Of a stretch of 64,000 nt of DNA, positions 13,151 to 27,149 are shown one piece after another; position 1 is the stretch's first letter, and the number at the start of each line of letters is the position of its first letter. The notes under the pieces were generated by a model that was given only the letters and a program-made list of their open reading frames with translations, was not told where the DNA came from and ran no database searches. The DNA comes from Octopus sinensis (taxonomy: Eukaryota). Location of the stretch: the NCBI RefSeq assembly GCF_006345805.1, contig NC_043013.1, forward strand, positions 27,776,001 through 27,840,000, read 5' to 3'. A program made the translations under genes and the position numbers.

Positions 13151-13705
13151 TCAAATTTGCTTGTGAGGGATGGTTGTGGTGATGGTCTTGTACACAGAGA
13201 AAAGAATAAGTACCGCAGTTGATTTGTTCAACGGTGCCCCAGCATGGCCAAAGTCTAATGACTGAAACAAGTGAAAGACAAAAGCTAAAAGACAAGTAGA
13301 AAGCCTGATATTTGGTCGTGGGGGTCACTTCCTTACAATCATAATATCTCTGGATTCCTGAATACCATCATTCTTTATACTAAGATTGAATCTTGCCAAG
13401 ATTAATTTTTCCTGATCATAGACACATATAAAACTGAAATGATAATAAAATTAGGAAAATGAAGTTCGTGTGCCAGGAAAAGAGGTGAGTTCTGGGGTTT
13501 CAGGTAAGGCTGTTCTTTGAAGAGATCAGATGTGTGTTGGAAGTCTGTGGATTTAGCTGTGAAGTGTAAGATAAAAGTTGGGTGGGGGATAAATGAGAGG
13601 ATAAGACAAAGTAAATGGTAGCTTAATGACCTAAACGACCTATGTATACCCACATATATACATACATAGACGTGAACACACACACACACATGCATATATA
13701 TGTGA

Positions 13706-13744
<39 letters not shown>

Positions 13745-13860
13745 AATGTTTATATATATATACATTTATATATATGTGTGTGTGTGTATGTATATACACA
13801 TATATATATGTATCTATCTATCTATATATATATATATATTATATATATATATATATATAT

Positions 13861-14290
13861 AACATTATTGGTGAATTGAAGAAATGGAGCTGAACGCAGA
13901 TTGAACAGAAATCGTTTTATTTCATTCTACACGTGTTTCGAAAGGCACAAATTACCAAAATCCGATTGAATAATGGGACCATATTGTGTCTTTCTCTTCC
14001 TGAAGAGAAAGACACAATATGGTCCCATTATTCAATCGGATTTTGGTAATTTGTGCCTTTCGAAACACGTGTAGAATGAAATAAAACGATTTCTGTTCAA
14101 TCTGCGTTCAGCTCCATTTCTTCAATTCACCAATAATGTTTTAAGTTCAATTATCCGCACCAACGCACGGTTGCAACACCATATGGTTGTACCTCCAACC
14201 GTGCTGTTTACTGCTGTGATTTTTGCTACTAAGGTATCGGTTAAACTTTTGATTAATCTACTACAAGATTATTCATCTTTCTATTTCACA
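13861..14290 (+). mobile_element. Penelope-like foldback element: perfect 139-bp palindrome plus tail, with a hammerhead
   Basis: Arms 13861-13999 and 14002-14140. CUGAAGA at 14000-06; stem II gaaagacacaa/ttgtgcctttc; GAAAC-ACGT-GUA at 14062-73. (TA)n on both flanks. Confidence 0.75.
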
Positions 14291-14292
14291 TA

Positions 14293-14334
<42 letters not shown>

Positions 14335-14350
14335 TGGTATATATCTGCAC

Positions 14351-14382
<32 letters not shown>

Positions 14383-15200
14383 GCGTATGTTTTACCTAAG
14401 GTAATAAATCCCAAAATCCATATCAGGAGATTTGTATGTTCTTTGAATATTCTCTGCTTTTATTGTTTTTTTATGTCCATTTTTTTCCTACTATAGTAAG
14501 TGACTAATCTTTTCTCTTTGATAATTGGATTAAAAGCCTTTGGTGGCAATAATTTCTTGGCTCTCTGCTTGTTGATGTAACTAAACTATTGGAATGACAA
14601 ACTTTTGCCTTTGTTTTTTTGTTTTGTTTTTAGATCTTTTTTTTTTAGTCTTGTTCTATAATATAGTGTTTTTTTTTTTGCTTTTAATCATGAAAAGCAT
14701 TAAGAAAAAAAGAAATTCTTGTTTTTGAAGTTTTAAGTATTTACAAATAATTTTCTGTTGTTGGCTAGTTTTGAAGGCTTTTAAGCATTTGATGTTAAAA
14801 AAAAAAACAGTGATAAAATTACTCATAAAAATAACAATAAAAATTAAAATGGAACAAAGAAAAGCAAAGCAAAATTTCCCATGATCCTCAGTGGCTCACA
14901 CATAAAGCCAATGGTTAGTTTCTAGAATTTTAATGATCCAAACTAAACAAACCAGTGCAGGAACCTCTATATGGTTGCTTGACCTGCAAGAAATAGCAAC
15001 CAGACATCTCTTAAATTACATCCTACAACATTAAAAATACACATTGTATAATATAGACCTCGTTACAATAGATCTGCATTACTTTACACCCAAGCACTAC
15101 ATTATCTAATGTATTCTTCCCTTTTTTTTTCAAGGTGGTAGTACATCAGTTGAAGGAAATTTAGCTGCTATTTCTAGCAAGTCAAAAATACAATCTAGAG

Positions 15201-15925
15201 CAGGGGTTCTCAACTATTTTTTTTTTATCTATGGACCGCTATAATTACTATTTTATTCTGGTGGACACCCATAGCCATTTGATATCTAAAAACTAGTTTT
15301 ATGGATACTTCTTTCAAAATTCCTAATTTGTTTTTTCACACATTGACTTGTGTAGGTTGAACCAATCTTTTATTTGTTTCAGTCATTTGACTGCGGCCAT
15401 GCTGGAGCACTGCCTTTAGTCAGGCAAATCGACCCCAGGACTTATTCTTTGTAAGCCTAGTACTTATTCTATCGGTCTTTCTTGCCGAACCGCTAAGTTA
15501 CGGGGATATAAACACACCAGCATCAGTTGTCAAGCGATGTTGGGGGGACAAACACAGACACACAAGCATATACATATATATATATATACGATGGGGTTCT
15601 TTCAGTTTCCATCTACCAAATTCACTCACAAGGCTTTGGTCGGCCCAAGGCTATAGTAGAAGACACTTGCCCAAGGTGCCATGCAGTGGGACTGAACCCG
15701 GAACCATGTGGTTGGTAAGCAAGCTACTTACCATATAAAATGTTCGTCAAGAAACCTAGATCTTTCTTGCAATACATAGCAATACATACATCTGAAGCAA
15801 AATATTTTCAGGGGCCCTTAAAATGATATTGTGAATCCCCAATTTACTATTTTGTTGTGTGAACCCCAACAAAAATCTTATGTGAACCTTCAGGGGGCCA
15901 TACATACCCCAGTCTAGAACCACTG
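15201..15925. mobile_element. hAT (Charlie-type) MITE containing a nested SINE
   Basis: Termini caggggttctcaac and gtctagaaccactg. Perfect 8-bp TSD atctagag at 15193-15200 and 15926-15933. Confidence 0.85.
15366..15733 (-). mobile_element. tRNA-derived SINE with CORE-like box and CR1-type tail (family C)
   Basis: The minus strand has a B-box ggttcagtccc, the box accttgggcaagtg, an internal (TG)/(TA) tract and the tail gctccagcatggccgcagtcaaatgactgaaac. Copies lie near 8450, 27570, 35400, 40975, 47660 and 63300(+). Confidence 0.85.
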
Positions 15926-16255
15926 ATCTAGAGTCTCCCAACATGATGGTGGTGCCACAGTTTGGCATGGTAGTTGAATTTTGTTCTTGTTGCATACTGG
16001 AGGTCAATCTAATTGAGTGACCCTCTCCCCCAAAATTTCAGGCCTTGTACCTAGAGTAGAACAGAATATACCGTATGCGTTGTCACACTGCAAATCACTG
16101 CATGTCAGTCTATAGTGTATACTTCTCAACATTACTTGAATGCAGACTGTCCAGAAAGTGCTGGATATTTATGTGCTACCCAGATATTCCCCAACTATCC
16201 AAGGGTTAATGCTGGTTGTGTGAGTGTTAATGTCAATGTCTGGGGAACAGCAACA

Positions 16256-16396
16256 ACAGTGTCGGTCAGGGAGTTTGACTGGGGCGGTACGTCTGTCAAA
16301 TGGTAACGCAGGTGTCCCAAGGCGAGCTCAGCGTGGACGGAAACCACATGTCGAGCAAAAGGGCAAAAGCTCGCTCGATCTCGATTTTCAGTACGA
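16256..16396 (+). pseudogene. 28S rRNA fragment (domain V, P-loop region)
   Basis: gggagtttgactggggcggtac...gtaacgcaggtgtcc...ggcgagctcag...gagcaaaagggcaaaagctcgct.gatct.gattttcagtacga matches the universally conserved LSU rRNA segment. It is an isolated 141-nt piece. Confidence 0.92.
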
Positions 16397-16755
16397 TAAC
16401 TGGTACTTAATTTTTCGACCCTGAAAGGATGAAAGGCAAAGTCAACCTTGGCGGAATTTGAACTCAGAACATAAAGACAGATGAAATAACACTAAGTATT
16501 TTGCCCATCGTGCTAATGTTTCTTATTTCTTTACTGCCCACAAGGGGCTACACACAGAGAGGACAAGCAAGGACAAACAAATGGATTAAGTTGATTATAT
16601 CGACCCAAGTGTATAACTGGTACTTATTTAATCGACCCTGAAAGGATGAAAGGTAAAGTCAACCTCGGCGGAATTTGAACTCAGAACGTAGCAGCTGACG
16701 AAATACCGCTAAGCATTTCGCCTGGCATGCCAACGATTCTGCCAGCTCGCTGACT
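16397..16755 (-). mobile_element. Two family-M SINE copies, one joined to the 28S fragment and one with an alternative 3' tail
   Basis: Central box gaaaggatgaaagg(c/t)aaagtcaacct at about 16423 and 16641. The alternative tail occupies 16523-16590. Confidence 0.8.
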
Positions 16756-16774
16756 TAAGGCATACAATATAATA

Positions 16775-17200
16775 TAGTGTGAATAGTGGTGGGCAGTATG
16801 CAGGGGATTATTGTATGAGGGGAGGATACAGCAGATTATTGTCTGGGAATCATGCAGGGGATTATTGTACAAGAAAAGAATATGATGGATTACTGTGTAG
16901 GGGATTGTGCAGTGGATTACTGTGGATGAGAATACAGTGGATTATTGTTTGGGAATCATGCTGGGAATTATTGTGCAGGAAGATAATATGATGGATTACT
17001 GTGGGGAGATTATGCAGTAGATTACTGTGGGATGAAAATACAATGGATTATTGTAAAAGGGAGGAGGTAGTAGGTTATTGTGAGACTAGAAAACTGGTTT
17101 ACTATGGAGGGAATCTGCTGTGGATTATTGTGAAGAGAGAGATTACTGTGGGTTATTGCGTAAGAGAGCATACAATGGATTATTGTAAGGAAGGGGCAGA
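16775..17200. repeat. Degenerate minisatellite with unit of about 26-27 bp
   Basis: Recurring ggatta(t/c)tgt...atgcag/atacag units. Confidence 0.75.
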
Positions 17201-18323
17201 TAACTGTTACATACATGTAGTCTTCTTCTCACTGTCTCAACCTCAGTATTTCTTTTCTTTTCCCTTCTCTCTCTTACTCTCTTCCTTTCTTCCCTCTCTC
17301 TTTCTCTTCTCCCTTCCTCTCTCACACTCTCTATCTTCACCCCTCTCTCTTCCTTTCAGATCTGCAGTTCTTAATGTTATATCTCTGAGTTCCACATACC
17401 CGTTGGGGATTATGTAGTGGATACGGCTGTATGATTACAAAGTTTGTTTTCAGTTTAATCCCAGTACAGTCTACCATAATGCTGGGTCAATCAAAGCCTT
17501 ACAATTGGAATTCTGTAACTGTGTGACAAGACTCTTGGAAGAACTTCTTTTGCATAACAACTTAATTTGGCACACAGTTCAACACCTTTAGGTGCTTTTA
17601 ATAAAGTCCGTTCAATTAAAAACATTCATGTTAGCTTTCTGGAATGAGAATATCTTCCTTATACTAGACTTGGCGGCTCCAAAGATAGGAAAGCTTCAAT
17701 GTGATGTAGACTAGTATCATCTCCAGGATCAGAGTTAATCTTTCATAAAGTAGACATCATTAAAATCTCAGAACTAAACTCTGGGATTTGTGAGTGAATC
17801 ACACAGGCTCATGGGAAAATTTTTGCTTTATATTAATTTTTGGCTTTTTTGTGGAATTCTTTTTTCTATGGCATTTCCTATCAAATAGAAAAGCTTTGAA
17901 AGTTACTCAACAACTTCAGAAACAAAAAAATATATATATTTGTAAATATTTAAAACAAAAGACTATATTTTGCCTCAATGTTTTTATAAGAAGTAAAAAA
18001 AAAATGAAAAGAAAAGAACAGAATCATATACAAAACAAGACTAAAAAAAGTCTAAAAAGGACAAAAGTTTGTCATTCCAATAGTCTGGTTACCTCTAATG
18101 ACAAGAGAATGGAGGAAATATTGCCACCAGAAGGCTTTTAATCCAGTTATCAAAGAGAATAGATTAGTCAGTCTATGGAAAAAAATATACATAAAAAAGT
18201 AGGACAAATTTGCAGACTTCAAATCTTCTGATGTGGATTTTTGGATTTATAAGCATTGGTGTGTGTGTATGCGTGCGCACACATGTGTGTGTGTGTGTGT
18301 ACATATATATATGTATATGTATG

Positions 18324-18372
<49 letters not shown>

Positions 18373-18431
18373 ATGTATATGTATATATACACACATATAC
18401 ATATGCAATGTGTGTATATATATATATGCAT

Positions 18432-18463
<32 letters not shown>

Positions 18464-19456
18464 GTATATATTTACACACACACACATATATATATGTATA
18501 TATTCAGGTATGTATAAACACATGTGCATGAATGCAGGTACAGGTATGCTGTTGGAGGATAGCTTTCAGGTGCATTTTAGATGTGAGCATGTGTTTATGA
18601 GTGTGTTGCAGCAGTAGACATGATAAAAAAAATTTATGTGCATTTGAGTAAGTGCGTATGTATGCACTGTAGAATGTGTGTCTATATCTGTGTGTGTGTG
18701 TATGTGTGTTTGTATGCATCTGTATGTGTATGTACATGTGTATATGTTCACAATGGTGCAAAGAGGCAAGTGTTTCACTTTGAATCAAAGAATATCTCGG
18801 TAAACTAATCGTTTTTAATCTTGTTAAATAATCTACTGAAATAGTTCTATTCATTCTGAGGACATTTATACCTTTAAAAAAATGTGAGTGAGGTTGTCAA
18901 GTCTGACAATCTCACTTGCATGTTGATGTTTGTGTACATGTGTGTATGTGTGTGTCTGTGTATCCAGTCTTACTTTAGTGGAATTATGGTGGTGTCACTA
19001 CAATGTCCAGTCCTTGTTGCAGCGTACTGACCCAGAGAGTTACACATGTAATGCACAAGCTGCAGGTAGGGCCTTTCATGCTGGACAAATCAAAGGCTAG
19101 TGACCAAACTAATATGGACCACTCCTTCCCAGAGGCAAAGGCAGGTTCGTGTTGGGTTAACACTTCTGTCTAGAAGAAAACTAAATCACTGAAGCATTTA
19201 TATAATGTCAAAACGAAGAGGACCTGGGAGGTGGAGGCCTTTCCTTCAGGAAATTATATGCCTGAAGCATGAGTAGAAATAGAACCCACAAAAGAGGTGG
19301 AAGAGAGATAGAAAAATAAAGGATCCAACTGTACAGAAGCAAAAGAGATATTACACTGTTAAAAGATGTGGAGAAAACTTATCAATGTCCTATGCTCCAT
19401 AAGGAGTGAAATCCATGGTAGGAGCTGCATTTCCCCAAGTGGAAAGAGAGAGAAAG

Positions 19457-19506
<50 letters not shown>

Positions 19507-20004
19507 TGTGTGTGTGTGTAGGGTTCATTTTGCCTGAGTAAAATGATTGAAGTTCCATTTTTCCATTGTGAATTGATTGTTGTTCATTTTGCTTTGGTGA
19601 AGTAATAGGGGCTAGGTTTTAATTTAATGAAGAAAATGGGTGGTCCCTTTTGCCATAGCAGAGTGATGGAAGTTCCATTTTCCCTCCAGGTGAATAGAGA
19701 TTGGGGAGGGTGTTCATTTTGCCTCAACAAATTCTGTCTGATCCCTGCAAATATGGAAAAGTGGGCATTAAATGGTTATGATGATGATGATGATGACAAT
19801 GATGACCATCATCCTCATCATCATCACGACAGTCACTCAGTAATTTGCTGTGCCAATAATTCTTCTTACATCTCTTTTAAAAAAAATTATGTTAATAGAA
19901 ATGTTAAAATGAGCAAATTTTTAACACCCCTGTTCATACTGGATATCCAAAATTAGAGGGTAACAAGGAACTTAATCCAAATTTTAGGAAATAAAAGAGT
20001 TTAA

Positions 20005-20207
20005 CCCTATTGTTACAAACCCAGCTGAAACCAGCTCTGGCTCTGGTTTTCCTAAGTTTTGAATTAAAATCTTCCACTAAACCTTACTCACAATTTATGT
20101 TCCTAACACTAGCTGAATAATAACTAAGTTATTTTACTAAATTCTGTTATATTTGAAATAACTGAAAGAAACACAGAGCATCTCAAAATAAATATGGTAT
20201 GAAAGGG
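20005..20207. mobile_element. piggyBac-type MITE of the same family as 46849-47545, in reverse orientation
   Basis: TTAA at 20001-04 and 20208-11, with CCCT...AGGG termini. Confidence 0.8.
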
Positions 20208-20737
20208 TTAATGCTTAATTTAGGCATTTTCCACCCATGAGCCACAAAGATCTGCAGGTGTGCTGCTAGATTTTGAGTTTCAATGTAACCAAAATCCTTT
20301 GAAAATCCAAATACATAAAATACTTATATGTTTTTAATATACTGCACTGATGCACATGCATTTCTTTGCAGCAAAGTGCAATACATGTCTCTGTCCCAGT
20401 TTTGAAATAATTTTACGACTTTATAATATAAAACTTTTTATGCCACATAAAGCTTTTATCAATTTATTCAGTGTGATGGGGATTAAAAAAGTTTGAAAAT
20501 TGCTGGTTAATATGTTTGAAGAGAATTTATTATTGTCTTAACGTTTACTTTTCTATGCTTGCATGGGTCAGACAGAGTATAGGAATTTTTTAGAAAATTC
20601 TGGATAAATCAGACTGTGTAGTCTTCATGCCATAATGGATATGAATGATCTTATGCTACTAAAATCAAGAATTGAACAAGAGACAGAACTTTTGCATTTG
20701 CAAGATTTACCATATTTATTCGTGTATAAGCTGCATT

Positions 20738-21008
20738 CAGTGCCAGATTTACCATTGTGCTCAGGTGGGCTTAAGCACAGGGCTCTATTGACCAGGGGCA
20801 GAGAGCATCTTCCTGCCCCTAAAATTTGATTAAGATTCCTGCCCCAGCAAATTTGACTAAGACTTGTCTTTAAAAATAATGATTGATCTGGTAAGACGTA
20901 ATATCTTAACTACTACTAAATTTCCTGAACTTGTATGTCTGACTGTCCAAGTAAGGGGCCTTATAACTTAACTAGCATAGGGTCTCATTTGCCCTAAATC
21001 CAGCACTG
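20738..21008. mobile_element. hAT-type MITE
   Basis: TIR cagtgccagattta/taaatccagcactg, with degenerate 8-bp TSD gctgcatt/actgcacc. Confidence 0.6.
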
Positions 21009-21504
21009 ACTGCACCCCTAATTTAGTGTAAAATCTTGGTACAAAATTTTTTCTCCACCATAGTTTTAGCTTTGTTACATGTATAAACAACCCCAGGTTT
21101 TTCAATTAAAATCCAGTACAAAATACATGAGTAAATGCAGTGAGTTTACTCTGCAGAAGAAGAGGTTGAGAATTCTAAATTTTATTGAATTATTACGTGC
21201 AGGATCTACTTCTGTTGAAGGAACGCAGTGTGATTGCATCATTAGTGCAGCAGGACTGCAACCTGATTGCAGCTTGGTGTCACATGACTGCTGCATGCTA
21301 GTAGTATGCCTGTAGCATGACAGTAGTACAACTTGCAACATGGCTTCAGTACAACCGCTGCACACCTTGCAACGTAACTGCAGGATGACTGCAGTATGAT
21401 GGATATCTGCACAATCTAACAGCAGAAGACATTAAAATATCTCATTTACAATTTCTTAAATTTGGAGGGACAATTTCAGTCAGTGAGTCAACAACCAACA
21501 AATT

Positions 21505-21535
<31 letters not shown>

Positions 21536-22458
21536 CCATCATCATCATCTGTAGCAGTAGTGTTGGAGATAGCATTGTCATTACTATCATCATTGTCATC
21601 ATCAGCTGTTGTCTCCTCTATTAAGACAACAAGGAGATAAGTAATCTGTAGATCTGTCATCAACTGGGATTGCATGTTTTCTCTCACTCCATTAACCTGA
21701 TCATCTATATAAATCAAACTTCCACTATTTCCTTTTATTAATGTTAATTAATAATTGCACTTAACTTTGAACGATTTAATTATTGCCTAGAGAGAGAGAG
21801 AGAGAGAGAGAGAAGAGAGGAGTAGTTATTCATATTAAATTTGAATGTACCATATTTCAAAGAAGGACACATTTCCTGATTCTACTATGTCCATTATTCC
21901 TATAAACCTTCAGTAACAATAACAGCAACATTTGTTGTACTTTAGGGAGTTAGCAATTTAAATCTTAGTTGTTGCTTAGCCCTAGGTTAGTCTTGACTGA
22001 GCAGACCTGAAGTCATTCAACTCCTGATCATGTCTTTTTTCTTTTTTTTTCAGGTGTACTTCAATCTGCACTATACTCTCTTATGTGTCCTTTCTTTTTT
22101 AAGTCACTTGGATGTGGCTTTGAAGGATTTGGTTGTTCTCTCTAGTAAGTCAAAAAACTATCTTGAAGTTTACTTACAGACTCATTTAAATCTTAATATC
22201 AATAATTGCTGCCAAGATTTCACTCATAGTTATGTTTTCTATTAAGGAAATAAAGATAAGTTTCACCCACATTGTTATCACTTGTAAGGTTTAGGACTTC
22301 CAATGACTCGTTCAAATTATTTCTACTGTATTTTCTAGCATACTGATCACCATAATATATAATGCAAACATGTAGTGAAAGCGTTAAGACATCGTCATCG
22401 TCTTTCCAAATCCTGCAGCATCTCACATGGGATTTTTGGTCATCCAAAGTCATCTTGT

Positions 22459-22710
22459 GGAGGCACGTGGCTTAGTGGTTAGGGTGTCAGCATCATGATC
22501 GTAAGATTGTAGCTTCGATTCCTGGACTAGGCGACGTGTTGTGTTCTTGAGCAAAACACTTCATTTCACGTTGCTCCAGTTCACTCAGCCGGCAAAAATG
22601 AGTAACGCTGCAATGGACTGGCATCCTGTCCAGCTGGGGAACACATACGCCATTGAAACCGGGAAACCGGGCCCATGAGCCTGGCTAGGCTTTAAAAGGG
22701 CACATTAATT
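22459..22710 (+). mobile_element. tRNA-derived SINE (family D)
   Basis: A-box tggcttagtgg, B-box gcttcgattcc, box ttgtgttcttgagcaaaacactt and atggactggcatcctgtccag. Related copies lie near 11780, 29882 and 62112. Confidence 0.8.
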
Positions 22711-23446
22711 AAAGTTATCTTGGTGTATAAGTTAATCTATGATTTATTTTCTTTTTTTGCTATAGATTTAAGTTTGAAAACTAACTTGTAGACCAGAAAA
22801 TATGATATTTTCAAGCAACTCTACAGTTTTATGGACATGTTTATGTGGGGTGCAAACCCTGTTATGTGGTTAAGGAGTTTGTTTCAATCTCATTGCACAG
22901 CATAGCACACCATGAATAAGTGTTTTCTACTATAACCCAAGGTTTACCAAAAGCCAAAAGACAAAACTGCCTACCCTTCAAGAACACAGAGATATACAAA
23001 ATGCTGAAAACGGCAGCCGCCATCATTATGGTTGTCATCTTCATTATCATTTCTGTCATCATCATCATCACCATTTTCTTTTTCTTAATTGTTATAAGTA
23101 TTTCTAATTTTAGCACAAGGCCAGCAATTTTGATGGGAGGAATCAAGTTGATTACATTGAGCACAGTACTTGACTGGCATTTTATTTTATTAACCTCAAA
23201 AGAATGAAATGCAGAATCAACCTTGGTAGGATTTGAACTCAGGATGTAAGGTGCCAGAATATTTTGCCCAATGACTTAATGATTCCATCAGTTCACCAAC
23301 TTTATGTTCTGAGTGAAAACTTTACCAAAATCAACTTTACCTTTCATCCTTCAGTGACTGATAAAATAAAATAACAATTATGAACTGGAGTTGAGTTAAT
23401 TGACTAACCCCACCTCCCTAATTTCTGACATTGAGCCTCAATTATC

Positions 23447-23560
23447 ATTCTTCTTCTTCTTCTTCTTCTTCTTCTTCTTCTTCTTCTTCTTCTTCTTCTT
23501 CTTCTTCTTCTTCTTCTTCTTCTTCTTCTTCTTCTTCTTCTTCTTCTTCTTCTTCTTCTT

Positions 23561-23632
<72 letters not shown>
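23447..23632. repeat. Compound microsatellite (TTC)n-(ATT)n
   Basis: Directly visible; it explains the poly-F/S/K/Y/N ORFs. Confidence 0.95.
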
Positions 23633-23634
<2 letters not shown>

Positions 23635-24565
23635 AGGAATTCTTGGCAATATTTCCTAGAGAATGAAGTGAGGAGATCTGAATAGAACCAAGAGCTATTG
23701 AAGAGGAAGGTCCAGGACCAGGATGAGTGGCCACAGGCTATAAAAGCTGGGCCTTTGAATTGCATGTATAAATCCTCTGATGGGGTTTTACAGTTTCTGT
23801 CAACCCGTTTTTACTACCAAGGCTTGTGTTAACCCAAGGTTATGATATAAAGACTCCTTTCTGCGGTATCCAAGATCGAATCTTAAACTTTGTGGTTGCA
23901 AAGTGAAATTCCTAAACCATTCCATCAAACAACCATGTGCCCATCTTGGAGTATATAATAAAATTACTATAATTACCCTTCTTACAAATTGCAATTTTCT
24001 TCTCCTTCAATTGGTGTTGATGTTCTTGCAAGGGTCGCTTTGACATTGTCAAGAATGTCTCGTTAAAGTAATTGTAATAATAGGAACCAAATGTTCTATC
24101 AACTGTTACAGCTTCAGTTAAACAAGATCAATGTTCGATAATTTGATTGAAATATAGTTGGGTGATTATTGCGGGCAATTTCTCATTAAATAAAGTTTCT
24201 CTTGTGTTTCCAGACATTAAGTTTTGATTTCGTTGTGAAATGATCAGCAAATACTGAGTAACGTAGCCTATTAATGTTAATTAAAAAAAGACGGTGACAT
24301 GTGTAAACTTCTAAGGGGGGAAAAGTTGATTAGTCTTTGTGAAGGAAATTGGGGGTTATTCAACCCTGAGGAAAAGATATGGTATTATGCACAGACCACA
24401 CAACCACCACCACCACCGACAACAACAATAACAATAACAACAACCCCTGCTCACACACACACACAGATATCTATGTATTGATAGACACTGACAGACACTT
24501 ATATACACATCTAAACATACACGCATACACAACTCGTATATAAGCACAAACATATTGATATATAA

Positions 24566-24596
<31 letters not shown>

Positions 24597-25015
24597 CATA
24601 TACATGCACATACAAAAATACAGACAAAAACACAAACTAATAACCAAATGAATATGCATGCATATTATGTGTTACATGCATACACATACATACATATGTG
24701 CACACAGATACACAAATGCAGGTTTACATACATGTATTAACTGGCACATATTTACACACACACAAATACATGCACACACACATGAATGCACACACCAACA
24801 TCACCCATATACACCTTCATGCATGCATGTACATAGACATATACACAGATTCTAACATACACATATGTACATATAAACCCAAACAAACACACATGCATAA
24901 ACACCTTCCTCCACTGTCCCCTATATACAGCCCCACTCCCATAACATGTATATATACACATACATATATATGTGTATGTGCATGTGTATATATGTGTTAT
25001 GTGTGTGTTTGTATA

Positions 25016-25066
<51 letters not shown>

Positions 25067-25133
25067 GTAAATATATGTATATATAAACACATACATACAT
25101 ACATATGTATATATATTAAAACATATATATATA

Positions 25134-25208
<75 letters not shown>

Positions 25209-26599
25209 TTATATACATATATATATGTACGTGTATGTACATATCATCTACATATATATATATGTGTGTGTGTGTATATATATATATATATACACATATA
25301 TACATATATATACATATAGTTATATATGTATGTGTATGTACATATACATCTACATAATTATAAATGTGTATGTGTGTGTGTGTATATATATATATTTACA
25401 TATATATGTGTATATATGTATATATGCATGTATGTAAGCATATGTAACAGACACTCAAACACATAATTATGCACATATGCAAACATATACAAAAACAATT
25501 GAACACAATTATATGAACATGTATGCATGCGAACACACATAAACCAACACTGCCATTACCAACCTCTCACGCACACACACACACACACACATGCACATGC
25601 ACACACACGCACAATCTCACCCACAGCCAGCAAAAGGCATGAGTTATGATACATAGTTTATTAAACAACATCAGGTGGGAACGATAAAGAGGTGAGCTAT
25701 CGCAATGGCTTAGCCGAAACACATGTGGAAACACCAACTTTCTCTTGCCTCGTTCCACCTTAACATCCATCGTGCCTATTGTTATTAGATTAACTCGATC
25801 AAGTCATTCTGGAAATGCTATCTTTGGAATTATCTTGTTAAAGATCTTGCTTTCTCCCTTTGTTTTCTTCTCTCTCTCTCTCTCTCTCACTTCATGTGCT
25901 CTTTCTCCTCACTTCTCTTTCTATTGCTCTCTCTGTCCCTATCTTCCACTATGTATGTGTCTCTCTCTTTCCCCATTTACAGATAGATATCTTTTTCCTA
26001 CTGCATGCATCTTACTCCATTTTTATCATTTTGCTCTCTTTTCTCTCTCTCTCTTTTGCTCTCTCTCTCTCTCTACCCTCTCTCTCTCTTTCTCTTTCTT
26101 TCTATCTTTCTCTTACTCTGATTCCTTCCCTGACTTGGATGGAGAAACAGTGATTATCGTTTTTGTCATAATAACACTGCACATTTTCTTTATTGCAAGG
26201 ATTAGCATTTAGAGATAATTGTTTATGACCTTCTTCTCATGATGGAGCTTACCGAAGCACACGTGCTCATTACACACACACACCACACACACACACACAC
26301 ACACACTCTCTCTCTCTCTCACATACACACACACACAGACACACACTTATGTGTGAGTGCATACACGCATACATTGAATCAGATCACACAATTAGGTTTA
26401 TGCATGACCAGAGCCTCTACTGACTAAAAACTTATCAGAAGAAAATGCATATATATGTATACATACATGCATTCATATATATATATATATATATATACAT
26501 GGATACATACATTCATGTATACATACATATGTGCATACATGCATACATACATATATACATACATACATTTATACATTTATACATACATACATACATACA

Positions 26600-26630
<31 letters not shown>

Positions 26631-27149
26631 GAAACATGCAAATCTGCAAATATACATACACAAACATACATACAAACAAAAATACCCTGTTGTTGATGTG
26701 GAAATTCCGATGAAGGAGCCTTTCTCTATTGGCAAGAAATCTTGAAATAAAACTGAACAATAACATACTAACACATACACACTACACATATGCATTCATG
26801 CACACACACATACACACACACTTACACAGAAGATAAAGCAAGATCCAAGGACACCGGTTGTGGTCAGCAAGACTTGTATTATTTAGATGAAGTGACAAAA
26901 AAGATGACAGTAGTGAAATTGCCATAGGAAGTGAATGACAGGAGGAAAACAAATGAAAGATTGCAGAGTCTTGCATCCTTTATATTTGGGTGACTGGCTG
27001 CAACTGATGGGGAACACAAGACAGTGTGAGCTTGCATACATAGACAAGAAGTTGTAGGAGTGAAAAAAACAGGTGAGACAGTTATGTGATGATTGATGAT
27101 GTAACACTTAACCATATATTAACAACTCTACAGCCATCATGGGGACCAT

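Noticed and set aside
16256-16396. Functional rRNA gene
   Set aside because: Only about 140 nt of 28S is present, flanked by unrelated repeats.
22459-22535. tRNA gene
   Set aside because: The A/B boxes belong to a SINE head that continues into SINE body sequence, and there is no complete cloverleaf.
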